This document shows, piece after piece, positions 1-8,915 of a DNA stretch of 64,000 bases. Origin of the DNA: a virus. The stretch lies in IMG/VR virus record IMGVR_UViG_3300045988_047162. One strand, written 5' to 3'. The translations under genes were made by a program, and so were the position numbers. The notes under the pieces were generated by a model that was not told the origin of the DNA, did not search any database, and saw only the letters and a program-made list of their open reading frames with translations. Numbering within the stretch: position 1 is the stretch's first letter; each line of letters opens with the position of its first letter.

Positions 1-311
1 GCCAGCTGTACCAGCGTTCCTGCGACATGTTCCTCGGCGTGCCGTTCAATATCGCGGAATACGCGCTCCTGACCATGATGGTCGCCCAGCAGACCGGCTA
101 CAGGCCAGGACGGTTCATCTGGGTGGGCGGGGACACCCACATCTACAGGAACCACCTGGAACAGGTCGTGAAGCAGCTTGAACGCGAGCCGCGCCCGTAC
201 CCGCATATGAGCATCGACAAGGCGTCTGGCATCGACGCGTACACGTATGACGACTTCCACCTGACCGGCTATGACCCATGGCCCGCGATCAAGGCACCGG
301 TGGCCGTCTGA
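1..311 (+). CDS. thyA: thymidylate synthase, C-terminal part (5' end lies outside the window)
   Basis: The frame is open from the window edge. [23 protein letters not shown]...[10 protein letters not shown] matches the conserved ThyA core and C-terminus. Confidence 0.9.
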   Translation, partial: QLYQRSCDMFLGVPFNIAEYALLTMMVAQQTGYRPGRFIWVGGDTHIYRNHLEQVVKQLEREPRPYPHMSIDKASGIDAYTYDDFHLTGYDPWPAIKAPVAV

Positions 312-316
312 TATAT

Positions 317-361
317 AAAAAAACGGGGACATCCTCATAGAAGGGATGTCCCCGTTTTTTT
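317..361. terminator. bidirectional rho-independent terminator
   Basis: Perfect 12-bp stem acggggacatcc / ggatgtccccgt flanked by an A7 run and a T7 run, between convergent thyA and the 370..735 gene. Confidence 0.8.
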
Positions 362-369
362 GTATGCGG

Positions 370-735
370 TCACATCATGCTGTCCGACGACGCCACGATG
401 AGCACGACCACTACACACAGGACGATGCCGAGGCCAAGGAAAATCCACGCGTTCGCCACATGGGTTGAATTACGCGAGTTAATGTACTTCAACGCCTGCT
501 CCTTCACCTTGCGCTCCACCTCGTCCGCGTCATCCTCGGATTCAGCCACGCTCTCATACAATTCGGACAACGGCTTCTGCTTGCCGCCCGCATCCTCCAT
601 ACGCTCCAACTCGTACTGCGTCTTCCAGTCGATCACGCCGGACATGCGGATGCCGTTCCTCACGGCCATCTGCGTCAACAATACGAACACGGCGAAACCG
701 ACGAACACAGCCGCGATGACGATAAGAAAACTCAT
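370..735 (-). CDS. small membrane protein, two hydrophobic segments
   Basis: AAAGGAGAG RBS upstream of ATG at 735. Segments FLIVIAAVFVGFAVFVLL and WIFLGLGIVLCVVVVLIVA. No family recognised. Confidence 0.6.
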   Translation of the reverse strand: MSFLIVIAAVFVGFAVFVLLTQMAVRNGIRMSGVIDWKTQYELERMEDAGGKQKPLSELYESVAESEDDADEVERKVKEQALKYINSRNSTHVANAWIFLGLGIVLCVVVVLIVASSDSMM

Positions 736-803
736 GACGCTCTCCTTTGCTCTCCTGCAATATGTCTCAACAAGGATTATCCCCCCAATTGACGGCTGAT
801 GAA

Positions 804-1214
804 TCATGGGCGTTTCTCAAACAAGCCATCCTTGAGAATCTGCCTGTAATCCATGAGAACCTGCGTGGTCACGTTCAATTCGGCTGCCATATGCCAGGTG
901 TCGCCGTCCCACGTCCGTTCGGCCATGGCGAACTCGGACGGGCTTATCAGCATCAAAGCCGTCTCGCGCCGCGCCCTACGCTCGCACTTCACGCCGAACC
1001 GCGTGCCACAGCCAAGATCACGATACTTCGCGTGCACAAGCTCATGGCATAGGGTGCAGAGCCTCTGCCGGTCGTTGAGCCAGTCGGCAAGCCAAATCGT
1101 CCGCAGCCGGTCGCAATACAATCCGCAGGTAGTGCCGGGAATATCGGATTCCAAAACCTTCAAACCCATGTGCTCGGCCTGACGTTCCAAAACGTCGATG
1201 GTGATTCGTGACAT
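804..1214 (-). CDS. ImmA/IrrE-family zinc metallopeptidase (anti-repressor protease)
   Basis: HELVH (HExxH) motif. Its size and its position directly downstream of the HTH repressor fit the family. GAAGGGA RBS before ATG 1214. Confidence 0.8.
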   Translation of the reverse strand: MSRITIDVLERQAEHMGLKVLESDIPGTTCGLYCDRLRTIWLADWLNDRQRLCTLCHELVHAKYRDLGCGTRFGVKCERRARRETALMLISPSEFAMAERTWDGDTWHMAAELNVTTQVLMDYRQILKDGLFEKRP

Positions 1215-1280
1215 TGTTCCCTTCGTATTATTAGGCGGCGGCATCATGAGTTAATGCCGCCGCCATATTCATCGCTGTCG

Positions 1281-1688
1281 TCAGTCTTCCGGTGTTTCGG
1301 CCTCAAGCCTCGCGTTCGGATCGTCGTTTGCAGCCATGTCGAACTCTTCACGGTAGATGATCGGACTGTTCACCCAGTCGGCGTCAGCGTTTTCCTTGAG
1401 ACGGCGTGCGAGTTCCTGAAGCAGCTCGTCATTCGAAGCGTTTATTAGTGCATCTGATATTTGTAGTTGTGATATATCACTGTCATCCAGCAGCCCAAGC
1501 GCGACTAGACCGTTTATAGCTGAAACTCCGTATGCGCGGGCGATTTTCACGACATTTTCCGGAGAGAGTTTCTCTGGGAGCTGCCGATAGAGGGATGAAG
1601 GGACTATTCCGGTGTTGTCAGCCACGGTGTTAACCGTATCTGGCCCGACTGTCTTTTTATACCATGTTGCAATACTCATGTTTTGCAT
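1281..1688 (-). CDS. CI-like phage repressor (HTH)
   Basis: Divergent from a cro-like gene and upstream of ImmA. HTH-like segment NTGIVPSSLYRQL...VVKIARAYGVS. The start is ambiguous (ATG 1688, ATG 1679 or TTG 1718). Confidence 0.65.
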   Translation of the reverse strand: MQNMSIATWYKKTVGPDTVNTVADNTGIVPSSLYRQLPEKLSPENVVKIARAYGVSAINGLVALGLLDDSDISQLQISDALINASNDELLQELARRLKENADADWVNSPIIYREEFDMAANDDPNARLEAETPED

Positions 1689-1815
1689 TATGCAATACTT
1701 CTTCTGAACTTGCAACACGCCGAGTGTCGCTTCTCGCTTGACTTTTTTCGCAATATGCGATTATATGAATTGCAGAAAGCAAAAGAAATATTGCAGGTTG
1801 CGAAAGGAATCACTG
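1668..1815. promoter_or_regulatory. divergent immunity-switch region with repeated half-sites
   Basis: Lies between divergent HTH genes. TGCAATACT occurs at 1668-1676 and 1691-1699, and ATTGCAG at 1769-1775 and 1790-1796. No promoter was verified. Confidence 0.45.
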
Positions 1816-2040
1816 ATGGCTGAATACAAAATGCAGTTCCGAGACGGCTTCCTAGACCGAACCAAACAAATGAGCGGCCTCAAAACGGACGAAGCCTTCG
1901 CCGGAGCAATAGGAGTCAGCGAAAGCGTCCTAGCCAGAGCCAAAAAAACAAACGAATGCACACCACTCATGCTCATAGGACTCTACAAAGCATTCGGCTT
2001 CCAACCCGGCGAAATCGCACAAATCAAACAAACTGCCTAA
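1816..2040 (+). CDS. Cro-like HTH regulator
   Basis: AAAGGA RBS. 74 aa with HTH-like segment DEAFAGAIGVSESVLARAKK. First gene of the rightward operon. Confidence 0.65.
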   Translation: MAEYKMQFRDGFLDRTKQMSGLKTDEAFAGAIGVSESVLARAKKTNECTPLMLIGLYKAFGFQPGEIAQIKQTA

Positions 2041-2077
2041 CCACACCACACAACGCCAACGAGCAAAAGGACAACCA

Positions 2078-2770
2078 ATGAAAATCACCACACCACACGG
2101 CACTCTCGAAGGCGACAACATCGAAGCCATCCTCAAAGAACATGGATATGACTGCCTGCGCGGTGCATGCCTGCGCGATGCCGACCTGCATGGTGCCAAC
2201 CTGCATGGTGCCAACCTGTATGATGCCGATCTGCGCTACGCCGACCTGAGCGGTGCCGACCTGCGCGATGCCTACCTGAGCTGCGCCTGCCTGTATGGTG
2301 CCGACCTGCGCGATGCCGACCTGAGCGATGCCGACCTGAGTGATGTCGATCTGCGCTACGCCAACCTGAGCGGTGCCGACCTGCGCGATGCCAACTATGT
2401 ACAACTCAGCATCGCCAAAACCAGCATCCTTCCGGAGGAAGGCGACATCATCGGCTGGAAAAAAGCATACGTAGACGGCACAATGCTACCGAAATCAGTC
2501 ATCGTAAAGCTCCTCATTCCGGCCGACGCGCAACGCTCCAACGGCACTGGGCGCAAATGCCGCGCCAGCAAAGCACGAGTGCTTGACCTGCAAGACAAGC
2601 AAGGCAACAGCCTTCCACCAGACACCACGGCATACAGCGGGCACGACACAGACTTCACGTACAAAAAAGGCGAAACCATTCACGTCGAAGACTTCGACAC
2701 CAACCGGTGGAAAGAATGCGCCCCCGGCATCCACTTCTTCATCACCCGCATCGAAGCCGTCAAATACTAG
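2078..2770 (+). CDS. pentapeptide-repeat protein with C-terminal globular domain
   Basis: About 15 consecutive A(D/N)LxG-type pentapeptides (ADLHGANLHGANLYDADLRYADLSGADLRDA...). The C-terminal part ends ...CAPGIHFFITRIEAVKY. Confidence 0.85.
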   Translation: MKITTPHGTLEGDNIEAILKEHGYDCLRGACLRDADLHGANLHGANLYDADLRYADLSGADLRDAYLSCACLYGADLRDADLSDADLSDVDLRYANLSGADLRDANYVQLSIAKTSILPEEGDIIGWKKAYVDGTMLPKSVIVKLLIPADAQRSNGTGRKCRASKARVLDLQDKQGNSLPPDTTAYSGHDTDFTYKKGETIHVEDFDTNRWKECAPGIHFFITRIEAVKY

Positions 2771-2780
2771 GAGAATCCAA

Positions 2781-3593
2781 ATGAACACTGAAATCCAGCG
2801 ATTCGACTTCAAGGGCGCAGCACTGCGCACCTTGATCGACGAGGCGGGGGAGCCCTGGTTCGTCGCCAAGGACGTATGCGACGTGCTTGAGCTCAGCAAC
2901 GTAAGCCAAACACTGGCACGCCGCATCGATGACGACGAGAAAAGTTCCATCACTTTAAATGATGGAACCCCAGGAAACCCGAACAGGGCAATCGTCTCCG
3001 AATCCGGCCTCTACGCTCTCGTCCTCGCATCCCGCAAGCCGGAGGCCCACGAGTTCAAACGCTGGGTGACTCACGAGGTGCTGCCGCAGATTCGCAGGAC
3101 TGGCGGCTACATCCCAACCACGGACGTGGATGATGACATGACCATCCTCGCGAAGGCCGTGATGATCGGCCAACGCACCATGGAGGCGCAGAAGCGACGC
3201 ATCGCCGAACAGTCCGAGCACATCAAGGAGCTGGAGCCGAAGGCTCAAGCGCTTGATGATTTCACGAACGTGGAAGACAGGCTGCTTATTCGCGACGCGG
3301 CAAAGGTTCTGTCGAACGCCGGAACCCCCATCAAGGGAAAACAGTTGCGCGAGTGGATGGCCGACCACAACTGGATTTTCAAATCCGGTGGCTCTTGGCA
3401 TCCGACAGCAGCGCATTGCGCTGCGGGTCATCTCGTGATGGTCATGTCTAAAAAGCATGGAGTCAAGGATGATGGCACGGAGTTCGCCTTCCCTCCCACC
3501 GTGCGCATAACCCGCAAGGGTTTGGCGCTGCTGCACAAGCGTCTTGGCGAGATCGCCCTGGACAAGGCACTTGACGCGGAGGTGGCGGCATGA
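2781..3593 (+). CDS. antirepressor, Bro-N domain plus KilAC-like C-terminal domain
   Basis: N-terminus FDFKGAALRTLIDEAGEPWFVAKDVCDVLEL...ESGLYALVL...FKRWVTHEVLP is typical Bro-N. AGGAGA RBS. Confidence 0.8.
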   Translation: MNTEIQRFDFKGAALRTLIDEAGEPWFVAKDVCDVLELSNVSQTLARRIDDDEKSSITLNDGTPGNPNRAIVSESGLYALVLASRKPEAHEFKRWVTHEVLPQIRRTGGYIPTTDVDDDMTILAKAVMIGQRTMEAQKRRIAEQSEHIKELEPKAQALDDFTNVEDRLLIRDAAKVLSNAGTPIKGKQLREWMADHNWIFKSGGSWHPTAAHCAAGHLVMVMSKKHGVKDDGTEFAFPPTVRITRKGLALLHKRLGEIALDKALDAEVAA

Positions 3594-3793
3594 CGTTGTT
3601 GAATCCTCCCGCGCCACCACAGGAGTTCGTTCTTGACACTGGCGGACACTGCGTGTTCCGCATCAACGAGCGGAAAGGCGCATCCATCGTCGAAAAGGAC
3701 GGAAAAAAGACGAGCACATTGTATGCGATTCCAGAATCGAAACTGGCTGCGTTCATCCAATGGGCTTCCGACGTTCACGGTCAATCACGATAG
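3590..3793 (+). CDS. hypothetical protein
   Basis: ATGA overlap with the upstream gene and protein-like composition. Confidence 0.5.
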   Translation: MTLLNPPAPPQEFVLDTGGHCVFRINERKGASIVEKDGKKTSTLYAIPESKLAAFIQWASDVHGQSR

Positions 3794-3802
3794 GAGACAG
3801 TA

Positions 3803-4333
3803 ATGGAAGACGATTACAAGACCCGCATGGTCGAAGAGTTCCACGAACTCAAAGACAGAATCAACAAGATCAACGACATCATCGAAAAATACAATAACGG
3901 CCAACGGGGACACATAACCGTAAGAGAAGCCTCCCTGATGATGGCTCAATCCTATATCATGCAGGATTACGCGCTGGTCCTCTTCGACCGTCTCACAGTA
4001 GCGGGCATCAACCCCGAATCCGACGACGTGGAACCGGAGGAGAAGCCACTGCCACCTGAACCGCAATCGCATGGCCTCTTCATCCCACGCGACGGCGAAC
4101 CATACCTGGTTCTCCATGACATGGACGGCACATGGTCATACGTGGTAAACACGCCTTCCATCATGTGCAGAATCAACGGTTGGAGTGAATTGGCCTCCAC
4201 TATCAACATGCTCAGTGGATACCTTAACTGGGAGCAGCTGGTCAAAAACCTCCAAGATTCAGCCTTCCCACTCATCCCACTGGAAGCCTCAAGTATGCCG
4301 ACAATCGCCAAGGCGCTCGCCGACAGCAAATGA
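3803..4333 (+). CDS. hypothetical protein; C-terminal half is one copy of a module recurring in this phage
   Basis: Helical N-terminus. The C-terminal part ...FIPRDGEPYLVLHDMDGTWSYV...AFPLIPLE is paralogous to parts of 6787..7662, 13437..13988 and 14673..15047. Confidence 0.65.
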   Translation: MEDDYKTRMVEEFHELKDRINKINDIIEKYNNGQRGHITVREASLMMAQSYIMQDYALVLFDRLTVAGINPESDDVEPEEKPLPPEPQSHGLFIPRDGEPYLVLHDMDGTWSYVVNTPSIMCRINGWSELASTINMLSGYLNWEQLVKNLQDSAFPLIPLEASSMPTIAKALADSK

Positions 4334-4338
4334 TTCTT

Positions 4339-4365
4339 CCCCATCCGCCTGCAACCCGGATGGGG
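4339..4365 (+). terminator. terminator-like hairpin after the first early gene set
   Basis: 9-bp stem ccccatccg / cggatgggg immediately after the stop at 4333. No T-run follows. Confidence 0.4.
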
Positions 4366-4454
4366 ACCATAAGCTTCGCCAGCCACTCCGATAAACAATC
4401 AAACAGTGGAAAATTGAACGTTTATCGAATATCCACGTTCACCGGCTGGCAAAG

Positions 4455-4478
4455 ATGGAACATCCCATGATGTTCCAT
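4455..4478. repeat. perfect 10-bp inverted repeat (hairpin)
   Basis: atggaacatc-ccat-gatgttccat, inside the 550-bp unassigned gap. Confidence 0.9.
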
Positions 4479-4885
4479 GCCGTGGCGAAACACATCCAAA
4501 CGAACCGTCACAAGCGTTTGCGTACACGCGCCGCCACGGCAATCGTCCAAGCCCACGCAGTGGGAACAGGAACCGTACCGCAAGACCATCGCCAATCGAA
4601 CCAGACACCACATCTTCTCCTGTACTCAAAGGTATCCGACGATGATCTCGAACGGTTCGCGGTCCGAATCCGCGCTTGGACGCCAGCGGCATGACGTCAA
4701 CGCCACCCATCGGGACGAAGTTTTTCACTTGGTTTTCTCCGTCCCGCATCGGGAACGATGGTCGGCCAGACTGGTTTTCCTTATTTTCCCAGTCGCCCCG
4801 CACACCCTTTTGCGAGCCAACCGTCCAGCGTCATGCCGCAACCCGCTTACACCAACCACCAATCCAAGGAAGGAGCACACACAAA

Positions 4886-5086
4886 TTGACGGCACCCATC
4901 ATCTTCGAAGACGGCATCCTCACCAAAGACGAGGCAATCGCCTTCACGAAGGTAGGAAAGAAAACATTCGACGATCTGTACGGATTTCTCGGATACCAAT
5001 CCGGCCAAAACAAACTCTTCACAAAAAAGGAACTCCTACTCCGATTCTACGAAATCAAGGACCAAGCAAAGGAGATCAAACAATGA
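4886..5086 (+). CDS. small HTH DNA-binding protein (excisionase/MerR-like fold)
   Basis: TTG start 8 nt after a GGAAGGAG RBS. Sequence ILTKDEAIAFTKVGKKTFDDLY...FTKKELLLRF. Confidence 0.5.
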   Translation: MTAPIIFEDGILTKDEAIAFTKVGKKTFDDLYGFLGYQSGQNKLFTKKELLLRFYEIKDQAKEIKQ

Positions 5087-5349
5087 CTGCCAGACGACTA
5101 GTCACCCCGAAAGACGTGCGCGACAGACAATTCCGACCCTCATTCCCATTCATGGGATACGACGCCAACCAAGTTGACGACTTCCTAGACGACTGCGCGC
5201 TCACCATCCGCACCCTCTGGAACGAGAACCGGAAACTCGCCACGGAAAACAGACGACTCCGATACGAGAACCAAACCCTCAGAACCGACGTGAGCTTCTA
5301 CAAGCTCGCAGTAGACACCATCGAACACCAACCCAAGGAACAACAATGA
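5083..5349 (+). CDS. DivIVA-domain protein
   Basis: LVTPKDVRDRQFRPSFPFMGYDANQVDDFLDD followed by a coiled coil, which is the DivIVA N-terminal signature. ATGA overlap with the upstream gene. Confidence 0.7.
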   Translation: MTARRLVTPKDVRDRQFRPSFPFMGYDANQVDDFLDDCALTIRTLWNENRKLATENRRLRYENQTLRTDVSFYKLAVDTIEHQPKEQQ

Positions 5350-5864
5350 CCAACACCCCCGAATACGACTTCAGCAGCCTCCGCCCGGACGAACTCAACT
5401 CCACCATCGCCGGACTCACCGCACTGAACAAACGAAGCGCCGAAGCCCTCAAAGCCGCAAAGGAAGAATGGCGGCGCTCGCATGACGGCGGCGATGAGGA
5501 GCGCGCCGTGTTCGCCGGACTGGATGCGGGTGAAATCAGTCTCAGCAAAGGCACCGAAGGCCATTACGTGGTCGTTGACGAGCGTGCGTATGGCGCAATG
5601 CTGCATGACAGCAAGTTCCTCATCCCCGGTGGGAAAGCTGCGGCGGAGGACGTGTGGATGCCACGCCCCGAAGCGAAGTCGGAGGCATATCTGAAGGACA
5701 TGATCGCGGACCATGACGGCGAACTCCCGCCCGGCGTCGAGTTCAAGCCGGGACGCGCCCAGACCGTCACGCTTCGCACCACGAGAGGATTCGTGGACAA
5801 GGCGTTCACCAGCGAGATAGTCCCGAAGATGTTCCAGATGCTCACTTCAACCAAGGAAGAGTAG
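5346..5864 (+). CDS. Sipho_Gp157 / Gam-like protein (recombination-module accessory)
   Basis: N-terminal coiled coil and a C-terminal ...GELPPGVEFKPGRAQTVTLR pattern. Sits immediately upstream of recT. Assignment is from recollection of the family topology. Confidence 0.45.
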   Translation: MTNTPEYDFSSLRPDELNSTIAGLTALNKRSAEALKAAKEEWRRSHDGGDEERAVFAGLDAGEISLSKGTEGHYVVVDERAYGAMLHDSKFLIPGGKAAAEDVWMPRPEAKSEAYLKDMIADHDGELPPGVEFKPGRAQTVTLRTTRGFVDKAFTSEIVPKMFQMLTSTKEE

Positions 5865-5866
5865 CC

Positions 5867-6790
5867 ATGTGCAAAAGCCTTACCATCACCAACGAGCAGG
5901 ACACTTGGAGCCGCGCCCAGCTCGCGGCACTATCCCAGCTTGGAGTGCAGAACGCGCAGCCAGCCGACTTGGCGGTGTTCCTGCACCAATGCCAGCGTAC
6001 AGGACTTGACCCTTTCAGTCGTCAAATCTACCTGATCGAACGCCGTCAGAAGCAAGGCAACGAATATGTTTCCAAGCAGACAATCCAAGTCGGCATTGAC
6101 GGTTTCCGCCTCATCGCCCGTCGCGCGGCGGACAGGAACCATGAACTGTTCAGCGAACCGGAAACCCTCTGGTGCGGAGAAGATGGCGTCTGGCATGACG
6201 TGTGGACCGCCCAGACCCCTCCGGTCGCGGCGAAAGTCACCGTCCGTCGAGGAGAAGGCGAGTTCACCGGCGTGGCCCTCTACAGGGAATACGTCGGAAC
6301 CCGCTACGACAAGAATCTCCACAGGCAGGTCCCCACCAGCATGTGGACTTCGAAACCGGTGACCATGATCGCGAAATGCGCGGAAGCCCTCGCATTACGC
6401 AAGGCGTTCCCGCAGGATTTGAGCGGCCTGTACACGACCGACGAGATGCAGCAGACCAACAACGAGACCGAAGGGGAAATGGTCGAAGCCGAAGTGGTTG
6501 ACGAGCAGCCACGTCAGAAGCCACGGCAATACGCTCCGCAGGTCCGTCAAGGCCAGCCGGAGCAGGCAGCGGCTCAAGCCCCATCCAACGGTCCGGCCAG
6601 TCCCGACCAGTTGAAGACAGTCACCGACATCCTCCGCGCCTGCCAGATCAAACCGGAAGATGCTGACGCGTTCGTCCAAAAAATCCTCCACGACCAGACG
6701 GTCACAAGCGTGAGCCTCACGGCGGTGCAGGCACAAACATTCATCAACGAATACCACAAGCACATGCAGCAGCAAGGAGCAGCACGATGA
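5867..6790 (+). CDS. recT: RecT-family single-strand annealing recombinase
   Basis: FLHQCQRTGLDPFSRQIYLI...QVGIDGFRLIA...MIAKCAEALALRKAFPQDLSGLYT is typical RecT. Confidence 0.9.
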   Translation: MCKSLTITNEQDTWSRAQLAALSQLGVQNAQPADLAVFLHQCQRTGLDPFSRQIYLIERRQKQGNEYVSKQTIQVGIDGFRLIARRAADRNHELFSEPETLWCGEDGVWHDVWTAQTPPVAAKVTVRRGEGEFTGVALYREYVGTRYDKNLHRQVPTSMWTSKPVTMIAKCAEALALRKAFPQDLSGLYTTDEMQQTNNETEGEMVEAEVVDEQPRQKPRQYAPQVRQGQPEQAAAQAPSNGPASPDQLKTVTDILRACQIKPEDADAFVQKILHDQTVTSVSLTAVQAQTFINEYHKHMQQQGAAR

Positions 6791-7662
6791 AATACAACCC
6801 GAAGAAACTCACCTACGGCGACGCGCTTGGAATCGCGACCGCCAACATGACCGTCACCGTCGAAGACGAAAACGGACAGCACGTCACCGGCAAGCTAAAG
6901 CACCTCGGTCCGAATGACGCGCTCGCCGGTGACAACCTTGAGCTCCGTGTTCTCATAACATTGGCGCTCACCACCACCAGCAACGAGTATTTCGTCGTCC
7001 GTGACGACGATGGGGGAATCCTATGCCCGGCCATCAGATTCGATCATGACCTGAACGTCACCTGGAACACGATCATCTCCATCGAAGAGAATCCCGACGA
7101 CGGCGTGGAGCTGGACCTTGCCGATTGGAAGGCGACGCTCGTCAAGGTCGAGACCCCCACCGCCGACGTGGACAAGCCAACCACCGACACCCAAGCGGAG
7201 GAGTGGGAGAAGCAGCTTCCCAAGGCCAACGGATTCTACAAGGCCGCGACCGGCAGCGTATGGCTCCACGCGGGCGACACTTGGACGCCCATCCTGGACC
7301 ATCACGGCAACGTTCCGCCGCACGCCTTGCAGCAGACCACCGAGGCATTCGCCGTCAGCAGCGGCCATTCGAAACGATTCCCGTTCGAACGCCTCAGCGA
7401 GAAGCCACTGCCGACCCGTCCTGGCTTCTACCGCAACAAGGACAAGACGAGCGTGTACTACCTCGACAGTTACGGCGTGTGGAAGCTCATCGCCTACATG
7501 TGCCCCGATTTCGACTTGCAGCTGAAGGACCTGTGGGATTGTCCATCGGTACCAGTGTTGAGCGGCGAGGTCGTATCCGAGAAGAAAGTCCGAAACGACA
7601 TGCCGCTCCACTACTACAAGCTCGGTCTCAAACAGCCGAAGGAAGACAAGGAAAACTCTTGA
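6787..7662 (+). CDS. hypothetical protein containing two copies of the recurring GFY...W module
   Basis: ATGA overlap. Contains ANGFYKAATGSVWLHAGDTWTPI and RPGFYRNKDKTSVYYLDSYGVWKLI. Confidence 0.65.
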   Translation: MKYNPKKLTYGDALGIATANMTVTVEDENGQHVTGKLKHLGPNDALAGDNLELRVLITLALTTTSNEYFVVRDDDGGILCPAIRFDHDLNVTWNTIISIEENPDDGVELDLADWKATLVKVETPTADVDKPTTDTQAEEWEKQLPKANGFYKAATGSVWLHAGDTWTPILDHHGNVPPHALQQTTEAFAVSSGHSKRFPFERLSEKPLPTRPGFYRNKDKTSVYYLDSYGVWKLIAYMCPDFDLQLKDLWDCPSVPVLSGEVVSEKKVRNDMPLHYYKLGLKQPKEDKENS

Positions 7663-7919
7663 ACATCACCAGACGAGCCGGATGCACGTGCGCGTACTGC
7701 GTGCGTCACAATCCAGTCAAGACGGGACTCATCCCATACTGCCGTAAATGCGGCAAAAGCACTTGCGCCGCAGCGCGAAGCCACATGGTCATGTGCAACG
7801 TCGAAGCGGCCAACAGACACAAGACGGCCGACCGTCTCAAAAACATGAAAGCCAAAGACCAGCAGGGATGGGTCGGACTCGAAACCCATCCACGACACGA
7901 CAAGGAGAACAAGCAATGA
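7659..7919 (+). CDS. small Cys-rich (zinc-ribbon-like) protein
   Basis: TTG start overlapping the upstream stop. CTCAYC...CRKCGKSTC. Its stop overlaps the ssb start (ATGA). Confidence 0.4.
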   Translation: MNITRRAGCTCAYCVRHNPVKTGLIPYCRKCGKSTCAAARSHMVMCNVEAANRHKTADRLKNMKAKDQQGWVGLETHPRHDKENKQ

Positions 7920-8413
7920 GCACTCCGACCATCATCCTCGTGGGACGAATCGTCAAAATCAAAAAGGACGGCAACCTGTTCAACGCCGGAACCACGAAGA
8001 ACGGCAAGAACTACATCCAGTTCCGCATCCTCTGCTCCAACAGGGTCAAGAACCCGGACGGCTCATGGGGTTACGGAGCATCCTGCTCACGCACCTGCGA
8101 AGCATGGAACGATCTCGCCACGCACATCCAGAACAGCATCAAGGAAGGCGACGAGTACATCGTCATCGGCAACGAGTCCGATGATCGTTTCGAGGATTCG
8201 TCCGGCGTCACCCACTACACGCAGAAGGTGAACGTCCGCGAGGCTGGACCAAGCCTGAAGTGGGGTACCGCGCAACTCGTCAACGCCAACCAGCAGGCCG
8301 GACCACGACAGGCGTCCACGACACCCGCCATGGCACCGCAGGCAGGCTCCGACCTGTGGGGCAGTAGCGGATTCGACGGATTCGGACAGCCCGCAGGAGA
8401 ACCGGCGTTCTGA
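7916..8413 (+). CDS. ssb: single-stranded DNA-binding protein
   Basis: OB-fold-like N-terminus, a Gly/Pro/Gln-rich tail and an acidic-hydrophobic C-terminal tip (...GQPAGEPAF). Confidence 0.8.
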   Translation: MSTPTIILVGRIVKIKKDGNLFNAGTTKNGKNYIQFRILCSNRVKNPDGSWGYGASCSRTCEAWNDLATHIQNSIKEGDEYIVIGNESDDRFEDSSGVTHYTQKVNVREAGPSLKWGTAQLVNANQQAGPRQASTTPAMAPQAGSDLWGSSGFDGFGQPAGEPAF

Positions 8414-8913
8414 TGTCACGCAATCGACAGTCGGCCAAAAAAGCCGGAACGGCAATGGAAACGGCGGTGGAACACTACCTGCAATGGGCGTTGGACGACC
8501 AGCGCATCATCCGCCGCCGTCTCCACGGCAGCAACGACCTAGGCGACATCGCCAACATCTTCTTCCATGGTCAACCCGTATGCGTCGAAGTCAAGAACAC
8601 CAAACTCCTCAACGCCACGAAACATTACAACGAGGCGGTCGAGGAAGCCGGAAACCTTGACAGCCCATACCCGTGGGTCGTGCAGAAGAAGTCACGCGTC
8701 GGCCTATCCACGCTCGAACGAATCGGAAGGCAGCTCGCCTACACGGATTGGGACACATACAACACCATGTGCGCGTTGGCAGACAACGACAGGTACTTCA
8801 CCCCACGAATCAGGACTGAGTTCCTAGGCAGACGCAAACAACTCGTGTGCGTCACATTGAAAAGTCTCGCACTCATCCTCAACGACGGACTGCCACTCGG
8901 ACCGGAAGGATAA
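8413..8913 (+). CDS. PD-(D/E)xK nuclease, Holliday-junction-resolvase-like
   Basis: GDIANIFF...VCVEVKNTK resembles the D...E-x-K catalytic core, and the gene lies in the recombination module. Confidence 0.5.
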   Translation: MSRNRQSAKKAGTAMETAVEHYLQWALDDQRIIRRRLHGSNDLGDIANIFFHGQPVCVEVKNTKLLNATKHYNEAVEEAGNLDSPYPWVVQKKSRVGLSTLERIGRQLAYTDWDTYNTMCALADNDRYFTPRIRTEFLGRRKQLVCVTLKSLALILNDGLPLGPEG

Positions 8914-8915
8914 TC

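Noticed and set aside
1-311. thyA as evidence that the window starts in host chromosome, and hence that attL lies at about 312-370.
   Set aside because: This cannot be decided from the window. Phages can carry thyA, and no att-like repeat matching the right end was found. It is left open under findings.
2024-2404. Minus-strand 126-aa ORF with the VGIAQVGTAQVG repeat.
   Set aside because: It is the antisense image of the pentapeptide-repeat coding region. The periodicity is inherited from the plus-strand gene.
4399-4803. ORFs inside the 550-bp early-operon gap: 4399..4803 minus, 4455..4694 plus, and the upstream part of 4477..5349 plus.
   Set aside because: They overlap each other, are basic or Pro/His-rich and have no RBS. 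The region is treated as non-coding and is reported as a finding.
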